64,000 nucleotides of DNA. It comes from a virus. The position numbers and the translations under genes were made by a program. Location: positions 12,798 to 76,797 of the IMG/VR virus record IMGVR_UViG_3300021339_000006. One strand, 5' to 3'. Positions 18,423 to 27,837 of the stretch are shown piece by piece; position 1 is the stretch's first letter; each line of letters begins with the position of its first letter. Under the pieces are notes generated by a model that was not told the origin of the DNA, did not search any database, and was given only the letters and a program-made list of their open reading frames with translations.

Positions 18423-18736
18423 GATTTCACTTTTGTTGGTTTGGGCAGTGGTTGCCAGTGTGTGGGCCGGACTGTAACGGATCGAGGTTCATAGCTAAGG
18501 CCGCTCCATCGTCCTCCGTGCTGTAATACAGCAACATATGCCGCCTCCCAATGAGGTTCACGGCTGCAAAGGTTTGGATCGTTCCCCTTCTCTAACGCAT
18601 CCATGATTTGGTTATTGTGAGCACAGTCTACCCACATGCCTTGGCACACCACGTTTTCCTCATCTGATCCAAAGGAAGGATAGCAAAGGAGAATCTGCTC
18701 GTCCATCGGTGCAGTGCTAATTGGGCGCCACCTCAT
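18419..18736 (-). CDS. DUF551-like hypothetical protein
   Basis: WRPISTAP...PTHWQPLP. Confidence 0.7.
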   Translation of the reverse strand: MRWRPISTAPMDEQILLCYPSFGSDEENVVCQGMWVDCAHNNQIMDALEKGNDPNLCSREPHWEAAYVAVLQHGGRWSGLSYEPRSVTVRPTHWQPLPKPTKVKS

Positions 18737-19377
18737 GGGATCGTGATGCGGTAAAACTTGTGCGGCCCTTCCATGTCCAGTGGATAGCTGTCCGCGTTGT
18801 TTGTGTAAAGGAACACCTGCATCACCGTTGTCCATTCGATGAGGTCAACAGAGGACAACAATGTGCCCATGCGCGCAGGCACAGGCAGCGGACCATAGTA
18901 GGCAGGAAACGCGTAAGGGTAGTTCACCTCATCAACAGGAATGTAATCCTTCACCAGTCCACGCTCCCAGCGCGTGCTGGCTGAGCCTAACCAAAGCGTA
19001 GGGAGCCCATCCTCGCGCAGGCAGTAGAGCAGCCTGGGCTTTGGAACGTCGGGCAGGGTTGTGGACTTAACATCGAAGGCTGGAGGGTAGTAGTCCCAAG
19101 GCAGGTTCGTGAAGTAAACGCGCTCAACTGTTACCAGCAGCGAGTCCAGCGCCACTCCCTCAGGCAGGTAGAAGGAAAGGTTGGTTTCGTTGTGGTCGCT
19201 GAAACGCTTGTCCTGAATGCCGTCGAGGCGCTTCATTGCTTTTGCTGCGCGACATCCTGCGTAACCTAAACCGATTGCCACGATGGTGAGAACTGCTACT
19301 GCGCAGATGATGTTTGCGGCAGCTTGCCACCACGCGCAAAGCAGTGCGGCAACCGATAGGTTTGTCCTTGTGTTCAT
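18733..19377 (-). CDS. membrane-anchored protein with C-terminal S.DL..W...FYR motif
   Basis: N-terminal TM segment; ends LLSSVDLIEW...HKFYRITIP. Confidence 0.55.
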   Translation of the reverse strand: MNTRTNLSVAALLCAWWQAAANIICAVAVLTIVAIGLGYAGCRAAKAMKRLDGIQDKRFSDHNETNLSFYLPEGVALDSLLVTVERVYFTNLPWDYYPPAFDVKSTTLPDVPKPRLLYCLREDGLPTLWLGSASTRWERGLVKDYIPVDEVNYPYAFPAYYGPLPVPARMGTLLSSVDLIEWTTVMQVFLYTNNADSYPLDMEGPHKFYRITIP

Positions 19378-19666
19378 TCGATCCTCCATGCCATCCACGC
19401 TCCGAGGCAAACGCAAGCCACCAACCAAAACCCGAGGAGGGCTTTGCGCTGGCGACTCAGTTGCCTGAGCTGGGTGACTGTTGTCCGTATTGTGTTCACA
19501 GCCCTATTATCTAGGGCTTGGGCAAAGCCACTGCAACACAAAGCGCGAGGACAGCCACGCACAGTGTGGCAACCGGAGGAGTGATGGTGAGTAAAGCGAG
19601 GATGGTGAGAATGGCTGCAATCACCACAAAGAGTCGTTTGGTCGTCATGCGTCCAACGTAGCACGC

Positions 19667-19882
19667 CTACCAAATCCCGTCTTTGTGTTCCTGCTTGAGC
19701 GCGTCCAGGTTGCGCCGAGTGTAATCTGCCACCACGTTCCCTGGTGCAAAGGAGGCACTGGGTTTGCGATCCCGCATTCCATTCACCCAAAGCCAATGGA
19801 AATACTGCGCGGGAACGTCCTGCATCCGAACGCCTTTGTGCAATCCGAATGGCATTGGATCAGTGTCCTCAAGTGGCTTCAT
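19667..19882 (-). CDS. DUF3820-like small protein
   Basis: MPFGLHKG..MQDVPAQYFHWL. Confidence 0.7.
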   Translation of the reverse strand: MKPLEDTDPMPFGLHKGVRMQDVPAQYFHWLWVNGMRDRKPSASFAPGNVVADYTRRNLDALKQEHKDGIW

Positions 19883-20169
19883 TGAATGTAGGTGAGAGTC
19901 AGTCCGCCACTAAGGAGAATGCGCGCAACCACCACACGGTTGTCCGGAGCCACAAACCAAGTGATGGCATAGGTTCCGTTGTCCACCGTGTTTGCGTATC
20001 CGATCGGACGGAACCCAGCGTCGGTTAATTGCACACGGACATCTCGAATGGTTTCTATCAGCTTTGCTTGGCGTTCCTCTGTGGCTTCGGTTTCTTCTGC
20101 CCTTGCCGCGGCTGCCTTCTCCTGTCGGTTGATCTTTCGATTCAACCACCAACGTGTAATTGGATTCAT
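19879..20169 (-). CDS. hypothetical protein
   Basis: Compact ORF in an operon. Confidence 0.5.
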   Translation of the reverse strand: MNPITRWWLNRKINRQEKAAAARAEETEATEERQAKLIETIRDVRVQLTDAGFRPIGYANTVDNGTYAITWFVAPDNRVVVARILLSGGLTLTYIQ

Positions 20170-20170
20170 G

Positions 20171-20530
20171 TCAGCCTTTCCCAAGTGGTTCTTCCATGTC
20201 GTCACTATCCTCACCTGGATCTTTGTAAGGTGGGCGCAGGAACGATCCACATTCAGCCATTGCAGCAACACCGACAGCCGTCACCTGCCGAATCTCGTCG
20301 AGAACGTCAACATTGTTTCCATGCCCATTTACCCATGCTGCTTTGGCTTTGAGCAAGCACTGTTCCTGGATTAGAAGCCACTCACCGATTGTGTGCGTGT
20401 GGTTTGGATACTTGGCTTCCTGATACAGACGCTCCGACCAAATTGCGTCCACCACTTCGAGTGGGATCAGGCGTCGAATCTCCTCCGCTGTTCCCTTAGC
20501 CGTTTTCCTTGCTGTTGATTTCTTCTTCAT
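20171..20530 (-). CDS. hypothetical, possible MazG-like all-alpha NTP pyrophosphohydrolase fold
   Basis: SERLYQEAKY...GEWL...DEIRQVTAVGVAAM. Confidence 0.45.
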   Translation of the reverse strand: MKKKSTARKTAKGTAEEIRRLIPLEVVDAIWSERLYQEAKYPNHTHTIGEWLLIQEQCLLKAKAAWVNGHGNNVDVLDEIRQVTAVGVAAMAECGSFLRPPYKDPGEDSDDMEEPLGKG

Positions 20531-20534
20531 AAAT

Positions 20535-20647
20535 TGGAAGGCGGGCACCTCGGACTTGAACCAAGGAACAATGCGTCACCACAGAAGCCGCTCTCAGAGT
20601 CGCGTGCTAGGCAGCTACCTGCATCATCTGTTCCGTTACATGCCCAC
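20535..20647 (-). ncRNA. tRNA-like RNA lacking a canonical D-arm and anticodon arm
   Basis: Acceptor-like GTGGGCAT/GTGCCCGC, T-arm CTTGG-TTCAAGT-CCGAG, inner helix GGAACA/TGTTCC, 3' end ...CTTCCA. Confidence 0.55.
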
Positions 20648-20659
20648 ATAAAACAAAAT

Positions 20660-20727
20660 GCCAGGCAAGCGACCGCCCCCACAGTCACGCGCAGTGTTTA
20701 GTAGGAACTGCGCGCTGCTTACCTGGC
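20660..20727 (-). ncRNA. structured RNA, three-way junction
   Basis: Closing stem GCCAGGTAAGC/GCTTGCCTGGC; inner stems GCGCGCAGT/ACTGCGCGT and GACTG/CGGTC. Confidence 0.5.
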
Positions 20728-20738
20728 GAAATCAAATA

Positions 20739-20822
20739 CTGGAAGGCTGATGGATCTGTTCTGGTGCTTTCTCGCGGCCGCCTAACAATTTCCATCCAGC
20801 GCACACTGCCGTTGCCTTCCAG
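20739..20822 (-). ncRNA. structured RNA
   Basis: Closing stem CTGGAAGGC/GCCTTCCAG and inner GATGGA/TCCATC. Begins 7 nt after an AGATAAT motif. Confidence 0.45.
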
Positions 20823-20958
20823 CAAGAACATTATCTCCGCTCCTTGCAAAGGCACTTCCTACAAATGCGTTTCTTTCTACTCGGGCTGTAGCACCAATCG
20901 TGAAACCCTAGTGCGCATTTGATGGCGTCAATCAAATCATCGAGGAACAGTGGACGCC

Positions 20959-21309
20959 TCATTTGAAGTGCTCCTCAAGGAAGATATCGGTCATGTCCAC
21001 GCCTCTCGAGCATGAGAGGCTGGAGCTTTCGATCCCTGCGCGTGCCATGTCATACATCAGCGACATGATCGCAGCCAACGCACCTGCCCGTTGCACACTG
21101 TCCAGAGGCGCAAGCTCCGAGCCCATCCGTTTGATAATGACCGCCGCCATCTTCTGATTGCGGACGTCTTTGAAGAACTTGGGATGACGCAGGCGCAAAT
21201 ACTTCATTGCGTCTTCTGTTGTCCTCACGTTCTGGATGCGTGCCATGCCAGTAGCAGGCGCTCCCATCACAGGTGCGCGTGAGTTGGTTATTGATTTTCT
21301 CGTTGCCAT
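20959..21309 (-). CDS. hypothetical protein
   Basis: ORF in tight operon. Confidence 0.5.
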   Translation of the reverse strand: MATRKSITNSRAPVMGAPATGMARIQNVRTTEDAMKYLRLRHPKFFKDVRNQKMAAVIIKRMGSELAPLDSVQRAGALAAIMSLMYDMARAGIESSSLSCSRGVDMTDIFLEEHFK

Positions 21310-21319
21310 TACCGTTTGC

Positions 21320-21562
21320 TTATTTCCTTTTCCTTCCGAATGCACCCTTGCGCAGCTTCTCCAAGTCCCGTGCGAAATCGAGGCACACCTTCCCATGCTT
21401 CTCTCCCAAACAGCGCGTTGCCTTTGATTTGAGAGCGTCAATGAGAACATCCAAGTCCTTCTTGTTCAACAAAATCGCCACAGTTCCTTCCTCTCCCAAG
21501 CGCGCAAGGAGTTTGCTCTCAATGACCTCACGATGGACGAGTTCTGTGCGTGTGACTGCCAT
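21320..21562 (-). CDS. hypothetical protein
   Basis: ORF in tight operon. Confidence 0.5.
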   Translation of the reverse strand: MAVTRTELVHREVIESKLLARLGEEGTVAILLNKKDLDVLIDALKSKATRCLGEKHGKVCLDFARDLEKLRKGAFGRKRK

Positions 21563-21996
21563 TACCGTTTGCCCTTCGTCCCGCCTGCATCGAAGTAGGC
21601 TTTGCGCGCTTCCTGAGCGTATCCTTTGAACTCCTTAGCGAGGTGCCGGAACATCTGTGCCATCTCATCTCGATTGCTGATAAACTCACACGCTGCGCGA
21701 TCCAGGAACTTTTGTGGGATCGCCTCCAAGGCCACTGCCTGCCCAAGCAAGTGTTCCTGTTCCACAAGCGCAGCAACGCCTGGACCTTGCTCTTCCAAGA
21801 GTGTCTCCAACCGTCCATGCAACTCTGTCCAGTTCTTTTTATCGTATTTGCGCTGCAATTTTGCGTCATCACAAACACGATTGAACAGTTCCATCGTAGG
21901 TGACGACACGTTCCCTAGTGGAAACTTGGTGGTGATGTTTGGGAAGGTTTGCCTATGACTTGTGTCTCGAAATGTATCTGATTCAATATCACTCAT
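21562..21996 (-). CDS. hypothetical protein
   Basis: Preceded by the AGATAACAAAGC-ATG motif. Confidence 0.55.
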   Translation of the reverse strand: MSDIESDTFRDTSHRQTFPNITTKFPLGNVSSPTMELFNRVCDDAKLQRKYDKKNWTELHGRLETLLEEQGPGVAALVEQEHLLGQAVALEAIPQKFLDRAACEFISNRDEMAQMFRHLAKEFKGYAQEARKAYFDAGGTKGKR

Positions 21997-22002
21997 GCTT
22001 TG

Positions 22003-22299
22003 TTATCTCCCTTCCAGCTCGTAGTCGTAGTGGGCTGTCAGTCCAACGCGCTCATCCACCCATCCACCTTCCTTCAACACTGTTTTCTTGGGCTTGCGCT
22101 TGGACTCTTTCTCGTTCCGCACAAAGATGATTTTCTTCTTCCCACAGTCCCTGCATATGATGTGGTGGCTTGGATACAAGCTGCCGTCGCCGACTACTGA
22201 AGAATCCCTCAACATTTTGATATTGGTGTGCTTGCATCCTTCCTGCAACGCGTCGATCTCGTTTTGATGGCGACGCTTCATGTCCAACAGCTTGCTCAT
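22003..22299 (-). CDS. hypothetical Zn-ribbon protein
   Basis: CKH...CRDCG. Confidence 0.5.
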   Translation of the reverse strand: MSKLLDMKRRHQNEIDALQEGCKHTNIKMLRDSSVVGDGSLYPSHHIICRDCGKKKIIFVRNEKESKRKPKKTVLKEGGWVDERVGLTAHYDYELEGR

Positions 22300-22694
22300 C
22301 TGTAATCTCCGTTCCGTGTTGTGAGGTAATTCCAACCTTCCCACTTGTCTTCAAGCTCTTGTTCAGCTTCGGACACGTCCCCTGGTTTGCGCACGCCGCA
22401 TTTCTCACACCAGGTTTTGCGGCCGGTTACGATTGGAGGATTTGTTCCACGCGTGCTTTCAAAGACCTTCCAAACGTGCTCACATGCTTCGCTCACTTGT
22501 CACCTACTTTCGTGTAAAGCCAATATCCACCAGGGTAGATGGTCAGTATCTGAGTGGATGCAGGCTTTGTCACCTGCACCTCGATCCGTTCAGGACGTGC
22601 GTAGATTGCGTCCACCACAGCCTCGCGTGCCAGTGCGCTTGCATCAGCAGCAACGATCCTGTCGCCCTTCTTGAGTGTGTTGATGTTGAGCATA

Positions 22695-23219
22695 TCAAAG
22701 CGCCTTGTCCGCAAAGTAGCGTTTCGACAGTGAGGAACGTTTAGCTGGTTTTCTCTTTGAGGGTGCAATGTGTTTCATCAAACGCTCTCGAACCGCTTTC
22801 TTTGCTTTGGGATTCTTGGTAGGTTTGCCGGGCATTACTTGAAATCCCACCTTATCCGATAGCTTTTCCAATGCTATCTCTTGCGCCTTCACCTTTGCCT
22901 GCAATTCCTTGAACGCCTTCTCCATTGGTGAACTACCCTTACGCAACAGCGGCGCCTCGTCGTCCTGATCGTGTCCTCGATCCTCCTTGCGATTGCGCAG
23001 TTCTCGTTGGCGCGACCACGTCGTCACGTTGTTAAACACCAGTTGCGCATCCTCTACCATTACCAAAGCGCGCTCAATACAAGAGTTGAGCATTGCGAAT
23101 TCATCCTCTTCTTCCTCGTCGGCGTCCTTGAAAACGCCTACCATCATCCTGATCCCTTCCGCTCCAGATTCCAGCTTACTGCTTACGTCCTCAACTTCTT
23201 CTTCTGTTAGGATTTGCAT
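22695..23219 (-). CDS. hypothetical protein
   Basis: 174 aa ORF with acidic N-half. Confidence 0.55.
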   Translation of the reverse strand: MQILTEEEVEDVSSKLESGAEGIRMMVGVFKDADEEEEDEFAMLNSCIERALVMVEDAQLVFNNVTTWSRQRELRNRKEDRGHDQDDEAPLLRKGSSPMEKAFKELQAKVKAQEIALEKLSDKVGFQVMPGKPTKNPKAKKAVRERLMKHIAPSKRKPAKRSSLSKRYFADKAL

Positions 23220-23243
23220 ACAATTATAAAGATGTTGAGCATT

Positions 23244-23471
23244 TCACTTTGCCTTGTGGAGGTCCATGCCTGGCAGCCTGGGTTTGCGACCATTGCGGCG
23301 GTCATACTCCATCGTGACTTTGAAATGGCCTAAACGTGAGTTGCTGAGGGACGCCACAGCACGCGCAGCCGCAATAGCCTCTTTGGTAGGTTTGTCCTCT
23401 CGACATACGTCCTGTGCCTTCTTGTCCAACATCCGGCACCAATCACTTGACTTTAGCAGTGGTTCTTTCAT
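23244..23471 (-). CDS. small helical hypothetical protein
   Basis: Preceded by the AGATAACAAAGC-ATG motif. Confidence 0.55.
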   Translation of the reverse strand: MKEPLLKSSDWCRMLDKKAQDVCREDKPTKEAIAAARAVASLSNSRLGHFKVTMEYDRRNGRKPRLPGMDLHKAK

Positions 23472-24018
23472 GCTTTGTTATCTTCCGAATCACCCGTTTC
23501 AGTTTCACCAAACTACGCTTCTCTTCAACCATTGGTTGTGGGAATAAAGAAAAAGGAATGCCTGTTCCTCGATGGAGTAAGGTTTTCACATACACCACAT
23601 CCAGCCTTTTGCGCTGGTTTTGTTTTTGATCCAACACCTTCCTTGGGTTCTGGCAATACAATGCGCGCCGTCTTGCCAGTAGCCTTTTTCGATTTGCAGC
23701 ACGATATCGGCGTTGGTTCTCCAAACACCTTTCCTTGTTTTGAGAACGCCACGCGCTTTGTTTTTCTAGGCGGACTTTCCGGTTCTTCCACCAGCGCCTT
23801 CTTCGCAACTCAGCAAAATGCTCTTTGTTCCTATCCATATAGGAACGAATCTTATCAGGATTTTTCTTTACCCAGCTCTTTCGGTAACGTTGGCGCTCCT
23901 TCTTATGCTTACTAGCATACACACGCGCACGCTCCCGAAGCACTTTGCGGTTTCGTTGATAATAGCATTTCCTTCGCGCACGGTAGGCTTCTTCGCTTTC
24001 ACCTTTACGCCGACTCAT
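23443..24018 (-). CDS. very basic helical-repeat protein (resembles HNH N-terminal repeats but has no nuclease motif)
   Basis: Repeats such as YYQRNRK, WVKKNPDK, YMDRNKE and YRAANRK. No HNH or CxxC motif. Confidence 0.6.
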   Translation of the reverse strand: MSRRKGESEEAYRARRKCYYQRNRKVLRERARVYASKHKKERQRYRKSWVKKNPDKIRSYMDRNKEHFAELRRRRWWKNRKVRLEKQSAWRSQNKERCLENQRRYRAANRKRLLARRRALYCQNPRKVLDQKQNQRKRLDVVYVKTLLHRGTGIPFSLFPQPMVEEKRSLVKLKRVIRKITKHERTTAKVK

Positions 24019-24052
24019 ACCATAGTATCTCCGCAAGTGACCGACCGGAGCC

Positions 24053-24332
24053 TTAATTCTTTCGACGGTGTGCTACCATTGCAGCTTCCTTCTCTGCGTG
24101 GAAGGCGCAAATCTCTTTGTAATACTTTTCCAAAATCTCAGCGCCCTCGTCCTCACTCGGCTTCTCCGACGCCCCACGCAGCTTGAGCGGAACAGCAAAG
24201 GAAAGAAGCAAACCAACAGTCCCTAAGCTGTGCCTTCTGTTGAGGTGGAACGCCTTTGCGATACACCTGCTTGAGGAAATCCTCAAACATTTCGTCTATC
24301 GAGGCTCCCAATTTGAATGGTGGAAATTCCAT
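24053..24332 (-). pseudogene. apparently frameshifted small gene
   Basis: ATG 24332 frame stops at 24153, while the +1 frame continues SEDEGAEILEKYYKEI to 24053. Confidence 0.35.
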
Positions 24333-24349
24333 ACGCTATTATCTGTGGC

Positions 24350-25771
24350 TTACCATGCAGCGCCAGCCATCTTTTTCTTCTTGGCGATCTTATTGAAACC
24401 ACCACTGGCTGCATCGACTTGGTCATCATACTTGCCATGCGGAAAGTATTTCAGCTCGTCAATGAAGTCCTTCGTCCAGGCGCGCTTGAGGCAGTAGACG
24501 TTCCCGGCACCCATCTGCGATGCCAATGGATAAGCACGTGCTTCCTTGTCCCCTGTAGGGTGGAAGGCAATGACCTTGAACCCAGCCAGGTTGCGCACTG
24601 TGCTTTCCCCTGACTCCTTTCCTCCTGATCCTCCTTCGATCTCAATCACTACCGGCACCTCGTCCCCATCCTCCTCTGCCGTCTCTGCAATCCTCTCTTC
24701 CCGCTTAGTGGCGCCCCATTGTCCTCTGCGCACATCACATATCCAAAACTTACCCTTCTTGTCCACACCAATGCGGACGCCTGCTGACCAGTTGCCACCA
24801 TCGGGCGTGCCTGCTTTGTCCCAGGAACGAACCATGCGCAGGAGCTTCGGTTCGTTGTCCTCATAAACAACCTTATCAGTCTCAAACATGCCACCACCCA
24901 GAGGCACAGGATCTTGGAGCACTTGACTGGCGTATCCGTATGCACCCAGTTCCTCCTTCAGCGTTTCCAACACTTCCCTTGGCATCCGCACAGGATCGAG
25001 CAGTCCATCCACGTAATACTTTTTGAGTCCTGGTGGTGAGATGCTTTTATGCAATTCCCCAGGCAGGCAGATATGTTTGATCTGTCCAGCCTTGCGCGCC
25101 AGTAATTCTCCACTGGGATCAGCCTGCCCTAGGCGTTGCTGCACCAGTATCAGTGGCGAGACCAGCTTGTCCACTTTGCGCGTTGGCAGTGTGGTAGTCA
25201 TCCATCTGTTAATGCGTTTGATTTCAACCTGCGAATAACTCTCCTCAGGATTGATCGGATCGTCCACCAGCTGGAAGTGTCCGTGATAACCTGTGATCGC
25301 ACCTCCAACACCGACGCACAGGCGGGATCCCATCTGCGTATTGGTAAACAGCCCCTTGGTGTTTTCGTCCTCGCGCAATTGGATGTTGGGAAAGCAGGAT
25401 TGGTATTTGTCTGACTGAACCAAATCCCGCGCCTTCAAGCTGTCCTTCATCGCCACCGCCTGCGCGTAGGATGCGCAAACAAACTTGGCACTTGGCAAGC
25501 GAGTCCAAACCCAAGCAGGAAATGCCTGGCTGACAATAGTGGACTTGGTGCTGCCAGGAGGAACGTTGATTACCAGATCGTAGGCTTTTGGTTCTCCAAG
25601 GAACACGCGCTCTGCCATCACTTGCAACTCATCGCACAGGTATTCCACATGCCAATTCAGCACTGGCTCCTCTGCCACGATCACAGTCCAAAACTCCTTC
25701 AGGAACTCGTAGAAAGAATCCTTCACGATGGAAGCCAGGATCGTGAATTCGTTTACCTTTACGTCACTCAT
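24350..25771 (-). CDS. terL: terminase large subunit
   Basis: Walker A VPPGSTKS, Walker B LVDDP, nuclease SWDKAG and DDQVDA. Confidence 0.93.
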   Translation of the reverse strand: MSDVKVNEFTILASIVKDSFYEFLKEFWTVIVAEEPVLNWHVEYLCDELQVMAERVFLGEPKAYDLVINVPPGSTKSTIVSQAFPAWVWTRLPSAKFVCASYAQAVAMKDSLKARDLVQSDKYQSCFPNIQLREDENTKGLFTNTQMGSRLCVGVGGAITGYHGHFQLVDDPINPEESYSQVEIKRINRWMTTTLPTRKVDKLVSPLILVQQRLGQADPSGELLARKAGQIKHICLPGELHKSISPPGLKKYYVDGLLDPVRMPREVLETLKEELGAYGYASQVLQDPVPLGGGMFETDKVVYEDNEPKLLRMVRSWDKAGTPDGGNWSAGVRIGVDKKGKFWICDVRRGQWGATKREERIAETAEEDGDEVPVVIEIEGGSGGKESGESTVRNLAGFKVIAFHPTGDKEARAYPLASQMGAGNVYCLKRAWTKDFIDELKYFPHGKYDDQVDAASGGFNKIAKKKKMAGAAW

Positions 25772-26525
25772 CTGCTGTGTTGGTTAATTGTTTCATTTCC
25801 ATTTCCACTACTGGTTTGGCTTTGTCTGCCGCTGCCTTCCTGCGCACTGCTTCAAGGATCTTTTTCCGCGTATCCAAATCCAAATCCAGTTCATCAATAT
25901 CAATCCCAGTGCCTGCAATGCCAGTGTGATCGACCTCAATCTTTTCCCCATATCCTCGATCCCTGTTCTGCGTTCTGTTCACAAACATCACTGCTGCGGG
26001 ATTTCTCAACTGCACCAAATCCAAGAGTGCAGATTCGAAGAAGTTTTTCCTGTGCCACTGGACATCATCCAGCATTTGCCTGAAGTCAATGTCATGCTTC
26101 CACATTTCCAAACTGTTCCTGCTCACTCCTACCATTTTGCAGGAAGCGCTCACATCAAAGCACGTGCTCACCAATGCATGTATGAAAAGCTCCTGTTTGA
26201 TTCGTTTGGATTTGCCATTCAGGATGGCGTCAATCTTCCCAGTATTGTCCTCCCAGAACTGAATATCCTCCCACACTTTCCTCGCATCAGGGCTTAGGCG
26301 TTCCAGGATATAGTCCTTCAGCTCAAGTCCATCGCCAGGCATCTTTCTGTTCTGATCTGCCAGCGTTTTCGCCAATTGTAATTCTGGATCAGCCTTGATC
26401 TGCTTCCTCAGCACCTGATGATTTCTGTCCAATGCCTTAGCGACATGGGAGATGTCCGCGTCTCTCAAGCACGCGTCATAGAACCGTAATATGAATTCCA
26501 ACCCTTGGTGTCTCCTATGTGCCAT
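25764..26525 (-). CDS. terS: terminase small subunit
   Basis: HTH ASCKMVGVSRN..W and FVNRTQNRDRGYGEK; immediately upstream of terL. Confidence 0.75.
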   Translation of the reverse strand: MAHRRHQGLEFILRFYDACLRDADISHVAKALDRNHQVLRKQIKADPELQLAKTLADQNRKMPGDGLELKDYILERLSPDARKVWEDIQFWEDNTGKIDAILNGKSKRIKQELFIHALVSTCFDVSASCKMVGVSRNSLEMWKHDIDFRQMLDDVQWHRKNFFESALLDLVQLRNPAAVMFVNRTQNRDRGYGEKIEVDHTGIAGTGIDIDELDLDLDTRKKILEAVRRKAAADKAKPVVEMEMKQLTNTADE

Positions 26526-26573
26526 ATGGCACAATGGATACAAGGGAATCTTTAGGAAGCAAGAAAGTTCTTC

Positions 26574-27218
26574 TTACTTAGCGTAAGGCACAGGGTCAAC
26601 CATCCCTGCTATTGCGAATGCTTTCTTCCGAGGAACACAGCTTGCGCACTCCCCACAATGCGTCTCTCCACTCAAGTAACACGACCAAGTCAATTCCATT
26701 GGGACGTTGAGCTTTTTCCCAGCCTTCACCACCTCCCATTTGTCCAAGTAATTGATAGGCATCAAAATCTGTGGACACTCTAATCCACAAGCGAATGGAA
26801 GTAGATTGTTAAATGCCTGAGTGAACTCTGGATAGTTGTCTGGATTTCCACCATGCGCAATGTTCCCATGTCCAATGTAAGGGATCCCATTTGTCATGCA
26901 GTATCCAGCGGCCAACGAGATCAGGATCAGGTTGCGTGCGTTCACTCTCGACACTGCCCCGGAGAGTTCCTTGGCGGGCCGCCTTCCCTGGATCAATCCC
27001 GACGTGACCACACCTCCAATTGCCACCTCAGCAATGTGGTGAGGCATTCCCATTGCTTTGGCGCAATCCTTGAGCGCCTTGTGCTCTTTCCACGTTGCAC
27101 GGCATCCATAGTCGATCATCAACAGCTCGACTTGGAAACCCTCATCTTTAAGGACTGCCGCAGCAACCACGCTGTCGAGTCCTCCACTGCAAAGAACTGC
27201 CACTTTGTTTGATTTCAT
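26574..27218 (-). CDS. queC: 7-cyano-7-deazaguanine synthase
   Basis: SGGLDS, RNLI.IS, PD and TWSCY...HCGECASC motifs. Confidence 0.92.
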   Translation of the reverse strand: MKSNKVAVLCSGGLDSVVAAAVLKDEGFQVELLMIDYGCRATWKEHKALKDCAKAMGMPHHIAEVAIGGVVTSGLIQGRRPAKELSGAVSRVNARNLILISLAAGYCMTNGIPYIGHGNIAHGGNPDNYPEFTQAFNNLLPFACGLECPQILMPINYLDKWEVVKAGKKLNVPMELTWSCYLSGETHCGECASCVPRKKAFAIAGMVDPVPYAK

Positions 27219-27271
27219 GTTGTATTATCTGTGCTGTTTTCGTGCCCTAGCCTGACCAAGGCAGCGTTTGT

Positions 27272-27550
27272 TTAAGATTTGCCCGTCCTGTGTGCTGTGC
27301 GTGCTGCTTTTATCGCCTGGCGCAGCCTGGCCCACCAGCTTTGTTTGGGTGGCGTCTCGCGTGCGGGAGGTCGGTCGTCGATACGCTCATTGTATCCATG
27401 CGGCCCAATGTTAAAACGTGCGCCGCACTGTCCACATTCAACGTTTATGCACAAGCCGGCACCTGGCCCTTCCAGCCATTTGCTATTCATGCAATCTGGA
27501 CAGATGCCAATGCGAAGGTAATACCTTTCGTTCTTGGTGGTTGGTCTCAT
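27272..27550 (-). CDS. Zn-finger hypothetical protein
   Basis: CPDC...EGPGAG...CGQCG. Confidence 0.55.
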   Translation of the reverse strand: MRPTTKNERYYLRIGICPDCMNSKWLEGPGAGLCINVECGQCGARFNIGPHGYNERIDDRPPARETPPKQSWWARLRQAIKAARTAHRTGKS

Positions 27551-27837
27551 AGCTCCCAGTGATCCAGATTCTTTTTAACCTTCTTCACCTGCGCCACAAG
27601 GTCACACAGAGAGGCTTGCTTGGCTGCTCCTGCCTCTCCGTTCAACACAACGTCAAGTTCGCGCACCAACCTGCGCTTGTCCTCGAGAACTTCCTTGTAA
27701 TCTCGAACCTCCTGTTCCAGTTCTGCACGCGCGTCCACCTGAACTTGTTCAATGGCGGCCCTTGTCAGGGCTCCAGAATAAATGTCTTGCTCCACCGCAG
27801 TCGAAATCGCCTCCACCCAATCTTTTGCTTCCTTCAT
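27547..27837 (-). CDS. hypothetical protein
   Basis: RLVRELDV.LNG..GAA.QASLCDLV, a recurrent phage motif. Confidence 0.55.
   Translation of the reverse strand: MKEAKDWVEAISTAVEQDIYSGALTRAAIEQVQVDARAELEQEVRDYKEVLEDKRRLVRELDVVLNGEAGAAKQASLCDLVAQVKKVKKNLDHWEL

Noticed and set aside
20535-20647. Canonical tRNA or full tmRNA
   Set aside because: No D-arm or 7-nt anticodon loop can be drawn and there is no tag reading frame; kept only as tRNA-like.
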